Position numbers and translations under genes: made by a program. The notes beneath the pieces are model-generated. The model was not told the DNA's origin. It searched no databases and was given only the letters and a program-made list of their open reading frames with translations. This document shows, one piece after another, positions 8,684 to 18,480 of a stretch of DNA of 64,000 bases (positions within the stretch are counted from its first letter, which is position 1; every line of letters starts with the position of its first letter). Origin of the DNA: Patescibacteria group bacterium (GTDB lineage Bacteria; Patescibacteriota; Patescibacteriia; GWA2-46-9); the NCBI GenBank assembly GCA_041675205.1, contig JBAYUF010000001.1, forward strand, positions 148,863 through 212,862. The letters are read 5' to 3'.

Positions 8684-9310
8684 ATGTCTAAAAATATCAT
8701 TCGTCATATCTGGTTTGATTTTAGCGGCACGCTCGCTTTTTTGAAGCTCGAGCGGCACAACCGCTTACGCTATGAGTCATATGCAAACGTCATGGGTAAG
8801 CCTGTAACCGAGGGCTTGATGAATGACTACGAGAAGCTGTTTAAGCAATGCAATGGTAGTAACGCAAGCGTTTTTCGTTCCCTGGGCCAGTCGTCTAATT
8901 TTTGGTCAGAACAGGTAAATAAGGTAGACCCAGTTGAACTCTATGAGCTTTCGGCAAGCAATGTGCCAGCCATTCTCAAGCAAATCAAGGAACATAGGGC
9001 AATTTCTCTTTTCTCAAATATTGAGGTAGTAAATATTTTGCCCGCATTAGGTATTGACCCGTTACTGTTCACGAATATTTTAAGTGCGGGCATGGTGAAA
9101 GAACCGAAACCTGCTTTGGACGGGTTTCATAAGCTAGTGGAATTAAGTGGAGTACCGGCAAACGAAATTTTATATATTGGTGACAGCGAGGTAAAGGATA
9201 TTATGCCGGCGAAGGCAGTCGGAATGCAGACCGCTATGATGTGGCAGAAATCAGCTGCGGCGAATCATTCTTTTGAAAAATTTGAAGAGATTTTGGATTT
9301 CTTGGAGTAG
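8684..9310 (+). CDS. HAD-superfamily hydrolase
   Basis: Motif I WFDFSGTL. Motif IV YIGDSEVKDIMPA. Confidence 0.6.
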   Translation: MSKNIIRHIWFDFSGTLAFLKLERHNRLRYESYANVMGKPVTEGLMNDYEKLFKQCNGSNASVFRSLGQSSNFWSEQVNKVDPVELYELSASNVPAILKQIKEHRAISLFSNIEVVNILPALGIDPLLFTNILSAGMVKEPKPALDGFHKLVELSGVPANEILYIGDSEVKDIMPAKAVGMQTAMMWQKSAAANHSFEKFEEILDFLE

Positions 9311-9475
9311 CACCAGAAAGCATTAGTGTTGCTGCGACGAAGTATAGTACCTTGACGTTTTGAAGTTTTTTCATTAAGTTACCTTGTCCTTTTGCTAGGA
9401 CAAGGTCTTTGAGAATCGATTATATTCACGTTCGCGAACAGCCACAGTTGCTGGTTCAGCAACATGGAGGGTGTC

Positions 9476-9946
9476 ATGTCTGGATTCGAATGGCTTCTCG
9501 TTCTTTTGGTGGTCAAGCTGGTTGCGGTGACTTACTTCTTGGCGTCCGAGATGCTCAAGAAGTTCGGTTTCATGCAGCAGTTCATCGCGGTGTCGAACTG
9601 CGTCGTTACCTGGGAATGGCGGGCGGATGAGCCTGTTTTTGAGCCAGCAATGTGGAAGGTGATGATTTGCCATCCGGACTGTCGGCAATTCGGCGCCCTC
9701 ATCGGGTTCAAGCTCAACATCCTCGGCTACACCGGGTTTGATTACTACGGCTATGTTCAGTCAGATGAACAGGGCAGAGCCGTTTTTTCAACTTGGCTTG
9801 GTCGAAAGCCGTGCACGTTCCAGTTCTTGGTGGGCATGGACGCGTCTGAGTTTCAGGTCGCTTCGATCTGCGAAGAAACTATCGGCGAGCCAGCTACAGC
9901 CCGGTTCCCACCCCACTGGTGGCAGCGCTTCAGTTTCTTCGCCTGA
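9476..9946 (+). CDS. hypothetical protein (GC-rich, N-terminal TM)
   Basis: GGAGGG 5 nt upstream of ATG 9476. No family recognised. The region is GC-enriched relative to its flanks. Confidence 0.4.
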   Translation: MSGFEWLLVLLVVKLVAVTYFLASEMLKKFGFMQQFIAVSNCVVTWEWRADEPVFEPAMWKVMICHPDCRQFGALIGFKLNILGYTGFDYYGYVQSDEQGRAVFSTWLGRKPCTFQFLVGMDASEFQVASICEETIGEPATARFPPHWWQRFSFFA

Positions 9947-10200
9947 GACAGCGTCGAGACGAGGGCGATACAGTCGCAGAAGGCCCGGAGCTATCACGTT
10001 CCGGGCCTTCAATCGTTTTTAGGTCACAAATAAGGTGTCTTAACAAATAGCTAACGAAGGCTTACTATAAATGTACAAAGTTAGGGTGCCAAAATCTGTT
10101 ACCGTCATTGACGCGTAAGGCGCTTTCTGTAAAGAAAGTGTACTTCTTTTTTATAGATACTTATTTTGGTCGGTCGTTTTGTTTGTAATTAGCTAACACA

Positions 10201-11829
10201 ATGATAGAAATAATCAAAAAAAATTTAAAATCCGGCCTAACCGTTTCACTCATTTCTATTCCGCTCTCTGTGTCTCTGGCCGTTGCTTCAGGCGCGACAC
10301 CAATTATTGGTATCATCACTGCTATTTGGGCTGGTCTGGTGGCCGCTTTGTTTGGGGGAAGTCACTTTAATATTATTGGTCCCACGGGCGCGCTCTCTGG
10401 TGTGGTGGCGACATATGTCATTTTGCATGGGCTTGATGGGTTGCCAATGCTCACCATTCTTGCAGGTGCTTTTATTGTTGCTGCATACCTTCTCAAGTTA
10501 GAGCGATACCTCATTCTAATTCCGTCGAGCGTCATTCATGGCTTTACGTTGGGCGTTGCTTTTATCATTGGTCTTGGGCAATTAAATTTTGCTCTTGGAT
10601 TACGTGCAATTTCACAGCACGAGACTTTTTTTGCCAATATCACCGAATCGCTCCGTCATCTTGGCGACATTTCTTGGCCAACTTTCGGTGTCTTCTCGTT
10701 GTTTTTATTAGGGCTTTTACTTTTTAAAAAAATAACTCCAGCACTGCCGGGCGCTATTGTGCTGGCGCCGGTTGGCATTGTGCTGGGGTACTTAAGTCAG
10801 ACAGGCTTTGTTTCTATCCAGCTGCAAACGCTTGGTGAAAAATTTGGCGCTATCGGTTTTCATTTTTTTGAAATGCCACACCTCGCTTTTTCTTTTTTTA
10901 TGGTGCAAACGGCCGCTGTGGTTGCGCTTATTGCCATTTTGGAAACTATGCTGTCTGCCAAGATTGCCGATGGTATGACAGGAACGAAACACGACCAGCG
11001 GAAGGAAATGTTCGGTCTGGGGCTTGCTAATATCGTGTCTGGTCTTGTTGGTGGTATGCCAGCTACGGCAGCGTTAGCCAGAACTTCACTGAATATTAAA
11101 ACGGGCGCGACAAATCGAGCCTCGGCAATCATTAGTGTTGTCAGTGTTGCTATTATCTCGCTTTTATTTCTTGGGTACTTTAAGTACATTCCCTTAGCTG
11201 TCATTGCGGCAATTTTGGTGTTCGTTGCGATGCAGATGGTGGAGGCAGAGCATTATGAGAAGCTGTGGCGATACGAACGGTCTGGGTTTTATATTTCTTT
11301 TGCAGTTGCGACAGCAACAATCATTATTGACCCCATTGTAGGCATTCTTTTAGGCGCTTCAATTTCGTTACTACTGTTTGTAGATACAATTTCTCGGGGC
11401 CATTTTGATCTTTCTGTTGGTACAGCAGACGAGGGGCTAGTTGATTCAGATGCGGGGGTAACTTTGAAAGAAATTAAAGAGGACACCGGCGTTTTACTGT
11501 ATTCGTTTCGAGGAAAGTTATGCTACATCAACAGTAGCGCTCATGTGAGTCGTTTTGAACAGAATCTAAAAAAATATAAATCTGTCATTTTGCGATTACG
11601 GGAAGTTTACTTCATTGATACTGATGGGGTAGAAGCCTTGGATGAGATTATTTCAATTGTTGAGTCGAGAGGCCAGCAAGTGCTTATAGCAAGCGTTGAT
11701 CAGAGCGCGCTTTACTTACTTGAGCAATTATCGCAGGGATATCGATTGCTAAAAGCAAAAGGATTGGTTTTTAATAAAACAGAGCATGCTTTGCGTTTCT
11801 TGGGCATACCAACACATCATAAAGATTAA
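10201..11829 (+). CDS. SulP family anion (sulfate) permease with C-terminal STAS domain
   Basis: SulP N-terminal signature SLISIPLSVSLAVASGA...GPTGALSGV. About 10 TM helices. C-terminal STAS-like fold (VILRLREVYFIDTDGVEAL). Confidence 0.85.
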   Translation: MIEIIKKNLKSGLTVSLISIPLSVSLAVASGATPIIGIITAIWAGLVAALFGGSHFNIIGPTGALSGVVATYVILHGLDGLPMLTILAGAFIVAAYLLKLERYLILIPSSVIHGFTLGVAFIIGLGQLNFALGLRAISQHETFFANITESLRHLGDISWPTFGVFSLFLLGLLLFKKITPALPGAIVLAPVGIVLGYLSQTGFVSIQLQTLGEKFGAIGFHFFEMPHLAFSFFMVQTAAVVALIAILETMLSAKIADGMTGTKHDQRKEMFGLGLANIVSGLVGGMPATAALARTSLNIKTGATNRASAIISVVSVAIISLLFLGYFKYIPLAVIAAILVFVAMQMVEAEHYEKLWRYERSGFYISFAVATATIIIDPIVGILLGASISLLLFVDTISRGHFDLSVGTADEGLVDSDAGVTLKEIKEDTGVLLYSFRGKLCYINSSAHVSRFEQNLKKYKSVILRLREVYFIDTDGVEALDEIISIVESRGQQVLIASVDQSALYLLEQLSQGYRLLKAKGLVFNKTEHALRFLGIPTHHKD

Positions 11830-11875
11830 ATGAGATCGGTTATAGCGCTTGCTGTATTGGTAGCCAAACGGTATT

Positions 11876-12247
11876 TTGAAATATATGAACAATAGTATGG
11901 ATATATATAAAGGCCATTGTCATTGTGGCGCTGTTACGTTTACTGTCGAAGCTGATTTAGAAAAATCAATTACTTGCAATTGCTCGCGATGTGAGGCGTT
12001 GGGGTTAATCTTGACGTTTGTACCAGCGGCGCAATTCACGTTATTGTCCGGGGAAGAAAATTTAACAAAGTATCACTTCAATAAGAAAACAATCGACCAT
12101 TTGTTTTGTGCAACGTGCGGGGTTGAATCATTTGCAAGGGCTACAAATAAGGCCGGCGTCGCAACTGTTGCCATAAATATTCGCTGCCTTGATAATGTCG
12201 ACCTGTCGGCGTTAAAGCCCACAGCAGTAGACGGTAAAAATTGGTAG
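11876..12247 (+). CDS. GFA family (glutathione-dependent formaldehyde-activating/CENP-V-like) zinc protein
   Basis: CHCGAV...CNCSRC...CATCG cysteine pattern. Confidence 0.65.
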   Translation: MKYMNNSMDIYKGHCHCGAVTFTVEADLEKSITCNCSRCEALGLILTFVPAAQFTLLSGEENLTKYHFNKKTIDHLFCATCGVESFARATNKAGVATVAINIRCLDNVDLSALKPTAVDGKNW

Positions 12248-12259
12248 TCAGTTTTCTTC

Positions 12260-12299
12260 CCAACCCCTCTCTGTTAGCGTTGCTACTGAGAGGGGTTGG
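12260..12299. terminator. bidirectional terminator hairpin
   Basis: CCAACCCCTCTC-tgttagcgttgctact-GAGAGGGGTTGG, a perfect 12-bp stem between convergent genes. Confidence 0.55.
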
Positions 12300-12313
12300 A
12301 GTTCGGCGCTTTT

Positions 12314-12751
12314 TTATGTGATCATGGCCCTGATTTTCGCCGCCGTTATTGCGATCACAAATCGTGCCAGTTCCTTATGGTCATCGACGTCAAAGGGGAA
12401 GACTTGAATGATTCTTCCGCCGTTTACCAGGGTGACATCCAGAACGGTATAGCGACAGCGACGGTGAACTTCACGATAGATCACCGCACACAAAGCTATC
12501 CAACCGATTAACATCGCTAACGCTGCAGTGATTGCCCAGGTTTGGTAAGTCTCAAAGACAATCACTGCTCCAATCACCGCGATGGTAATCCTGTCTTCAG
12601 TGGATACCGTGGCGGAGCGGACTCCCAACCTGCCGCGTTCGATGTCTTCGGCGTAGAAGTTGACGGTGTTGCCGTCAGCAGTAATACTGGCACGTGTGTC
12701 GTTGAGCGAGATGGTCGCCCCGGCCTTGAGGGTAGAAGCGAAATTAGCCAT
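12314..12751 (-). CDS. hypothetical protein with central TM helix
   Basis: Strong RBS GGAGGAGG upstream of the ATG (reverse strand). 145 aa. Confidence 0.5.
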   Translation of the reverse strand: MANFASTLKAGATISLNDTRASITADGNTVNFYAEDIERGRLGVRSATVSTEDRITIAVIGAVIVFETYQTWAITAALAMLIGWIALCAVIYREVHRRCRYTVLDVTLVNGGRIIQVFPFDVDDHKELARFVIAITAAKIRAMIT

Positions 12752-12902
12752 GGCAGATACCTCCTCCTGCCTTTCAAATTTTCAAAGAGGGCCATAGTTT
12801 ATCGATGACAGAGAGGATTGTCAATTACGCATTTGTTCCATTAGTACTCTTCACGTATATTCAATTCACCATACTAAAATTCTTTTTTACATATTAGTTT
12901 CT

Positions 12903-13568
12903 ATGGATACTCGAGATGCTGCACGTGTTGATGTACTTACGAATTGTATTTGGAATTACCACTTGCTTCATCAGGAATTGCAGCCTGCCGATTGCATTAT
13001 AGTGCTCGGCAGTCACGATACGCGCGTTGCTGAATACGCTGCCAAACTTTTCCTCGATGGCTGGGCGCCGCTAATTGTTACCTCGGGTGGCTTCGGTCGT
13101 TTGACGAAAGATATTTGGAGTGTCAGCGAAGCAGAAACTTTTGCGGCTGTCATTCGTGGGTTGGGTGTGCCAAGTGACAACATTCTTATTGAAAACGATT
13201 CAACCAATACTGGTGAAAATATTTCTTTCAGCAGGGCACTCCTTCAATCGAAGGGCTTAATGCCCATGCGCGTTATCGCTGTGCAGAAACCTTATATGGA
13301 ACGACGTGCTTATGCGACGTTTCAAAAGATATGGCCAGAGGTAGAAGTTATAGTAACGTCGCCACCAATTGCATTTGCAGATTATCCGACGAAGTTTCGC
13401 TCTAAAGAAGAAATTATCAATATTGTGGTGGGGGACTTGCAGCGCATCAAAGTATACGCAAAGCGAGGATATGCAATTCCTCAGGAAATACCAGCTACTG
13501 TATGGGAGGCGTATGAAACGCTAGTGGCCATGGGGTACACAAGTCACCTTATTGCGGATGCTACTTAA
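12903..13568 (+). CDS. DUF218 (YdcF/ElyC/SanA-like) protein
   Basis: IIVLGSHD...VTSGGFG...NDSTNTGENI motifs. Confidence 0.65.
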   Translation: MDTRDAARVDVLTNCIWNYHLLHQELQPADCIIVLGSHDTRVAEYAAKLFLDGWAPLIVTSGGFGRLTKDIWSVSEAETFAAVIRGLGVPSDNILIENDSTNTGENISFSRALLQSKGLMPMRVIAVQKPYMERRAYATFQKIWPEVEVIVTSPPIAFADYPTKFRSKEEIINIVVGDLQRIKVYAKRGYAIPQEIPATVWEAYETLVAMGYTSHLIADAT

Positions 13569-14925
13569 TCCAAACCGTTTTGATATTTGTAAATTCCTTT
13601 AAGCCGTAACTAGAGAGTTCTCGTCCATAACCAGATGCGTTGGTGCCACCAAATGGCAGGCGCGCATCTGATTTTACAATGCCATTTATAAATACGGCTC
13701 CAGCGTTTATTTGCGCCGCTATTTTTTCAGCTGCAGCGGTGTCTTTGGTCCAGATACTGGCACCAAGGCCAAAACGGGTGTCGTTTGCAATACGCACTGC
13801 ATCGGCGGCGTCGGTGGCTCGAATGACGCTTGCCACTGGGCCAAAGAGTTCTTCGTCATATGCCGGCATACCTGGCGTTACCCGCGTGAGTATGGTTGGC
13901 GGAAAATAGTTACCAGGTTGGTTTAAAGGTTGTCCGCCCGTTACCAGAACAGCACCCTTTGCGACAGATTCATTTACTTGCCTAGTTAGTTCTTCTACTG
14001 CGCTAGCATTCACAAGAGGGCCAAGCGTTGTTTCGCTAAGCATCGGGTCCCCAATGACAGCATTTTTGACCGCAGTGGTGAAAGCCAAAAGAAACTGTTC
14101 ATACACCGCATCCACAACGATAAAGCGTTTGGCGGCAATACAACTTTGGCCGTTGTTGAGGAGTCGTGCTTTAGCGGCCCATGTTGCCGTTTCTTCAATC
14201 GGAGCGTCGGCCAGAACAATGAAGGCGTCACTGCCGCCAAGTTCGAGCACGCTTTTTTTAACAAGTGAGCTGGCTAGTGCCGCCACCTTGGTTCCAGCTA
14301 CCTCGCTACCAGTCAGTGTGATTGCTTTTACAGCCTCGTGCTGCACTACTCGCTCGACCATTGACGCTGGTATGGGAAGGTTTTGAAAAACACCTTTCGG
14401 AAATCCGGCCTCAATGAATAGTGCTTCAATAGCCGCCGCGCATTGCTGAACGTTTGAAGCGTGTTTTAATACCCCAACGTTGCCTGCCATGACTGCTGGC
14501 GCGGCAAAACGCATAACCTGCCAGTAGGGGAAATTCCAAGGCATAACAGCCAAAACAACACCGATTGCATCAAATCGCACATAGCTTTTGTCGGCGTCGG
14601 TCACGACAAGTTCGGTTTGCAAAATTCGCTCCCCCATGTCGGCGTAGTAATCGCACACCATGGCACATTTTTTAACTTCCGCTATAGCCTCACTAATTGG
14701 CTTTCCCATTTCACGGGTTGCGAGCGTAGCAAGCTCAGCAGCGTTTGTAATGAATAAGGCACCAAGTTTTTTTAGAAGTGCGGAGCGTTCCTGCAGTGTT
14801 GTTTTTTGCCAGCTTACGAAAGCGTCATTGGCACGTTGCAGTGAGTCGCTCAGCTCAGTTTGTGTGAGCTCGACGGTTTCGTGAAATACTTCTCCAGTGG
14901 CAGGATTAGTTGAGCGGAGTGTCAT
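13561..14925 (-). CDS. NAD(P)-dependent aldehyde dehydrogenase, succinate-semialdehyde-dehydrogenase-like
   Basis: N-terminal NPATGEV, catalytic ELGGSDAFIV, GQSCIAAKR (Cys), C-terminal EFTNIKTVWIK. Confidence 0.8.
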   Translation of the reverse strand: MTLRSTNPATGEVFHETVELTQTELSDSLQRANDAFVSWQKTTLQERSALLKKLGALFITNAAELATLATREMGKPISEAIAEVKKCAMVCDYYADMGERILQTELVVTDADKSYVRFDAIGVVLAVMPWNFPYWQVMRFAAPAVMAGNVGVLKHASNVQQCAAAIEALFIEAGFPKGVFQNLPIPASMVERVVQHEAVKAITLTGSEVAGTKVAALASSLVKKSVLELGGSDAFIVLADAPIEETATWAAKARLLNNGQSCIAAKRFIVVDAVYEQFLLAFTTAVKNAVIGDPMLSETTLGPLVNASAVEELTRQVNESVAKGAVLVTGGQPLNQPGNYFPPTILTRVTPGMPAYDEELFGPVASVIRATDAADAVRIANDTRFGLGASIWTKDTAAAEKIAAQINAGAVFINGIVKSDARLPFGGTNASGYGRELSSYGLKEFTNIKTVWIK

Positions 14926-14929
14926 AGTG

Positions 14930-16564
14930 TTAGCACGTCATTGAATAGAGTTCGTCGGTCAGCACTTTTTGATTGTGCGAATAGTCGATTGGCACCTCAA
15001 TTAAATGAACCCCGCCTGCTGCGAAAGCATTTGTAATTGCTACTTGAAGTGCTTCGGCACTTTCAACTTTGAGCCCAGTGGCACCAAAACTCGTTGCGAG
15101 AACAGGGAAGTCTGGGTTACTAAAACTGAGCCCAAAGTCTGGGAGCTGCATGCCGTGTTGTTTCCATTGAATCATCCCAAAGCCATTGTCGTTCAAAATA
15201 AGGATAACCAGGTTTAGTTTTAAGCGAACAGCTGTTTCCATTTCTTGGGCATTCATCATAAATCCACCATCGCCACATGCGGCCAACACTTTTTTTTCTG
15301 GGTTAAGGAGCGCGGCGGCAATGGCTGAAGGAAGGCCAGCGCCCATTGTGGCGAGTGCATTATCAAGCAGCAGCGTGTTTGGTGAGTACGTCGTGAAGGC
15401 ACGAGCAAACCATAATTTATACATACCGTTGTCGAGGCAGAGGATGCCGTCGTCAGGTAGCGCCTTTCGAACGTCGTGAACAATGCGCTGTGGCGCCAGT
15501 GGGAATGTGTCGATAGCAACGTCACGGGTAATATGTTCTTGAAGTTTATTTCGGGCTCGCTCGAAGCGGGTGAAATCCCACTGTGGTTGTGGCTGCAGCT
15601 TTTCTTTAATTTGCCAAATGGAATTTGCTATGTCGCCAATAACTTCGATTTGGGGAAAGTACACAGGGTCAATGGTGGCTGGGCTAAAGTTAATATGAAT
15701 AACTTTTGCGCCGTCCACAGTCATTAAGAATGGTGGCTTTTCAACAACATCGTGACCAACGTTAATGATAAGGTCGGCCGCGCTAACAGCGCAGTGCACA
15801 TGGTCGCCAGCTGATAGGGCAGCAGTGCCGATATATTTTTCGTGCCGTTCATCGACAACGCCTTTTCCGAGCTGCGTGCAAAGGAATGGAATACCAGTTG
15901 CATCAATAAATTCGCGCAACATTTTAGCGGTTAGTTTTCGGTTTGCTCCCGCTCCTATAAGCAGTAGCGGATGCTTGGCTTCGGCAATTGCCGCCACTGC
16001 ATTCTTGATTGCCTTTCCTTCGGCTATTGGTCGCCGAATAGGGTTTACTGGCAAAGGTTCTATTTGAACTGTTTCAGCTGCGATATCTTCCGGTAATTCT
16101 AAATGCACAGCCCCAGGTCGTTCCTCTTCTGCGGTTCGAAATGCTTGGCGTACTAATGCTGGAATAGTGGCACTATCAATTATTTGATGGGTGAATTTTG
16201 TAACCGGCTGCATGACAGAAACAGTATTGACCATTTGAAACGCACCCTGCTTGTTTTGCTTGACTGGTTTTTGACCAGTAATAAATAGCGCTGGCATGCC
16301 GCCAAGATTTGCGTAGGCCGCCGCGGTGATAAAGTTGGTAGCACCCGGCCCGAGGGTAGAGAGGGCTACACCTGATTTACCAGTTAGTCGGCCAATGGTT
16401 GCTGCCATGAAACCTGCAGCTTGTTCGTTTCGTGTTGGGATAAAAGTAACTTTTGCTGTACGAAGCGCTTCAAGCAAATGCAGATTTTCTTCACCAGGCA
16501 CACCAAAGACGTATTGCACGCCCTCATTCTCGAGGCACTTAATGAAGAGTTTAGCTGCGGTCAT
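14930..16564 (-). CDS. thiamine-diphosphate enzyme of the acetolactate synthase/2-oxoacid decarboxylase family
   Basis: N-terminal Pyr domain GVPGEENL...NEQAAGFMA. C-terminal TPP motif ACGDGGFMMNAQEMETAVRLKLNLVILILNDNGFGMI. Confidence 0.8.
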   Translation of the reverse strand: MTAAKLFIKCLENEGVQYVFGVPGEENLHLLEALRTAKVTFIPTRNEQAAGFMAATIGRLTGKSGVALSTLGPGATNFITAAAYANLGGMPALFITGQKPVKQNKQGAFQMVNTVSVMQPVTKFTHQIIDSATIPALVRQAFRTAEEERPGAVHLELPEDIAAETVQIEPLPVNPIRRPIAEGKAIKNAVAAIAEAKHPLLLIGAGANRKLTAKMLREFIDATGIPFLCTQLGKGVVDERHEKYIGTAALSAGDHVHCAVSAADLIINVGHDVVEKPPFLMTVDGAKVIHINFSPATIDPVYFPQIEVIGDIANSIWQIKEKLQPQPQWDFTRFERARNKLQEHITRDVAIDTFPLAPQRIVHDVRKALPDDGILCLDNGMYKLWFARAFTTYSPNTLLLDNALATMGAGLPSAIAAALLNPEKKVLAACGDGGFMMNAQEMETAVRLKLNLVILILNDNGFGMIQWKQHGMQLPDFGLSFSNPDFPVLATSFGATGLKVESAEALQVAITNAFAAGGVHLIEVPIDYSHNQKVLTDELYSMTC

Positions 16565-16724
16565 AGGTGCCTCCTATAATACGGCTTTTTTGCCATTAGC
16601 GGCTAGTATTAAAAGGAGTGTTGCCCGAGTCAGTTACCTTGACGTTGGAGCTCATTGAGGAGTAAGTTTCGTGCGATCCGCGAGAAGCGGAAATTGAAAA
16701 CTTGACGGTTCGGAGGCAAGAACA

Positions 16725-17750
16725 ATGTTAAGTCTAGCAATGCGGGTATGGGATGACTTCCATGTCCATCTTCGATACATCAATGGGCTGCTTCCTGTGG
16801 TGCTGCCTTATACGGCAGCCTACTGCCAGAGAGGTCTGGTGATGCCGAACACCGACCCAGCCATAGCAGACCATCTCATGGCGGCACGCTATGGAAAGGC
16901 CATTCGTGACCTGGCACCCGGGTTTACGCCGCTCTTATCGTTGAAGCTGCTGCCGACGACCACGTGGGAGACCATTTCGTACGCAGCACGGGCTGGCGTT
17001 ACGGCGGTAAAGCTTTACCCTAAAGGTCCGGGTGGAACGACCGGTGCACAAGCTTCGGGGGTCGACATTAACGACCTTGAGGCCTACGACTCGGTTTTTG
17101 AGGCCATGCAGCAGTTCGATCTGGTTCTCTGCGTGCACGGTGAAGTGCCGTGGGTAGAACCGGAATTCGGCGAGCGAGCATTCTTGCCGATTATGGACTA
17201 TCTTGTCGAGCGCTATCCGCGCCTGCGGATTGTGTTCGAGCACGTCTCGAGTGAAGATGGTGTTCGTTGGGTGGAGCGGGCGCCAAAAACGGTTGCGGCA
17301 ACAGTAACGCCGCATCACCCCATTCTGACGGCTGCGGACATCCTCGACGGACCGCACCACTGCTGTAAGCCGCCGCTCAAAGGGGCGGAGCATCGCGCGG
17401 CAATTCGTGGGGCGATGTTTTCGGGTAACCCGAAGTTCTTTTTCGGGTCAGACTCGGCGCCACATCCTGACGAGGCAAAGAAGGCCATTCCACCGGCGAA
17501 TGGCCAGTTCAATGCACCGGTGGCACCTGGACTTCTCATGGAAGAATTCGTCCGCGAGTTCGGGGACGTTCGGGTAGCTATTGGACGCCTCGAGTCGTTC
17601 ACGTCCGAGTTCGGAGCCGATTTCTATAGGCTTGAACGAAATACCGGTAAGATCTGGTTGAAAAACGAGCCATGGGTGGTGCCCATGAACTATCACGGCA
17701 TCACGCCGATGTGTCCTGGTCGGACGGTTGGCTGGCAGTTGGCGGCGTAG
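16725..17750 (+). CDS. pyrC: dihydroorotase (class II, homodimeric type)
   Basis: DDFHVHLRY (HxH), VMPNT, AVKLYP (carboxylated Lys), VLCVHGE, FFFGSDSAPH. Collinear with E. coli PyrC. GC-rich. Confidence 0.8.
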   Translation: MLSLAMRVWDDFHVHLRYINGLLPVVLPYTAAYCQRGLVMPNTDPAIADHLMAARYGKAIRDLAPGFTPLLSLKLLPTTTWETISYAARAGVTAVKLYPKGPGGTTGAQASGVDINDLEAYDSVFEAMQQFDLVLCVHGEVPWVEPEFGERAFLPIMDYLVERYPRLRIVFEHVSSEDGVRWVERAPKTVAATVTPHHPILTAADILDGPHHCCKPPLKGAEHRAAIRGAMFSGNPKFFFGSDSAPHPDEAKKAIPPANGQFNAPVAPGLLMEEFVREFGDVRVAIGRLESFTSEFGADFYRLERNTGKIWLKNEPWVVPMNYHGITPMCPGRTVGWQLAA

Positions 17751-17888
17751 GTTGCGAGGCGAATGGTCGGTGCTGCAAAAGGGGATGCAGCACCGACCAA
17801 AAGACTTGAAATTCTTTTTTAATTTTTTTGTAGTAATATAGAAGTGTACAAATTGGGCATATGCCCAATTTATTTAATAGGATTATTT

Positions 17889-18401
17889 ATGAATAAGAAA
17901 ATCTGGCTTGGTGTGGGGCTTGTTACTCTCGTGTTAGCAGGGGGTCTGGCAGTGGTAAAGCAACGGCAAATGGCATACCGAGGAGAAGATGCAGTTGCAA
18001 CAGATGACGTTCGAGTGGGTAAACCTTTCGACGACGAAAACGAACCATTTGAAGTGTCTGATGAGGATGAAGAGCAAGGTGAGGATAGCGAAAAGGAGAC
18101 AGGGGAAGGGTCTACCACGCCTGTTGACACCACTATTCCTCCAGACCAAGCATCTGCTCCGAAGGTTGCTGGCTACACTTTGACAGACGTAGCCACACAC
18201 AGCACAAAGGAAAATTGCTGGTCAGCAGTTAATGGCAACGTGTACGACCTTACCAGTTGGGTTCCGAAGCACCCGGGTGGTGATGCTGCTATAGCGCAAA
18301 TTTGTGGAAAAGATGGTTCCGCTTTATTCGCTGGTCAACATGGCGGCGCAGCAAAGCAGGCTTCAATTCTCGCAACATTTAAAATCGGCGTTCTTCAGTA
18401 A
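17889..18401 (+). CDS. cytochrome b5-like heme-binding domain protein with N-terminal TM anchor and acidic linker
   Basis: HPGG motif with flanking HST...CW...Y pattern. Confidence 0.6.
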   Translation: MNKKIWLGVGLVTLVLAGGLAVVKQRQMAYRGEDAVATDDVRVGKPFDDENEPFEVSDEDEEQGEDSEKETGEGSTTPVDTTIPPDQASAPKVAGYTLTDVATHSTKENCWSAVNGNVYDLTSWVPKHPGGDAAIAQICGKDGSALFAGQHGGAAKQASILATFKIGVLQ

Positions 18402-18417
18402 GTAACGGCGTAGTTAT

Positions 18418-18455
18418 AAAACCATCCCGCCGTGTGTCGGGGTGGTTTTATTTTC
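18418..18455 (+). terminator. rho-independent terminator
   Basis: AAAACCATCCCG-ccgtgtgt-CGGGGTGGTTTT then TATTTTCT. Confidence 0.55.
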
Positions 18456-18480
18456 TGAGTGGCAGCGGTAGAATCTATGT

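Noticed and set aside
9330-9400. Hairpin CCTTGTCC-ttttgcta-GGACAAGG after the HAD gene
   Set aside because: It is a plausible terminator, but there is no clear downstream U-tract. Left uncalled.
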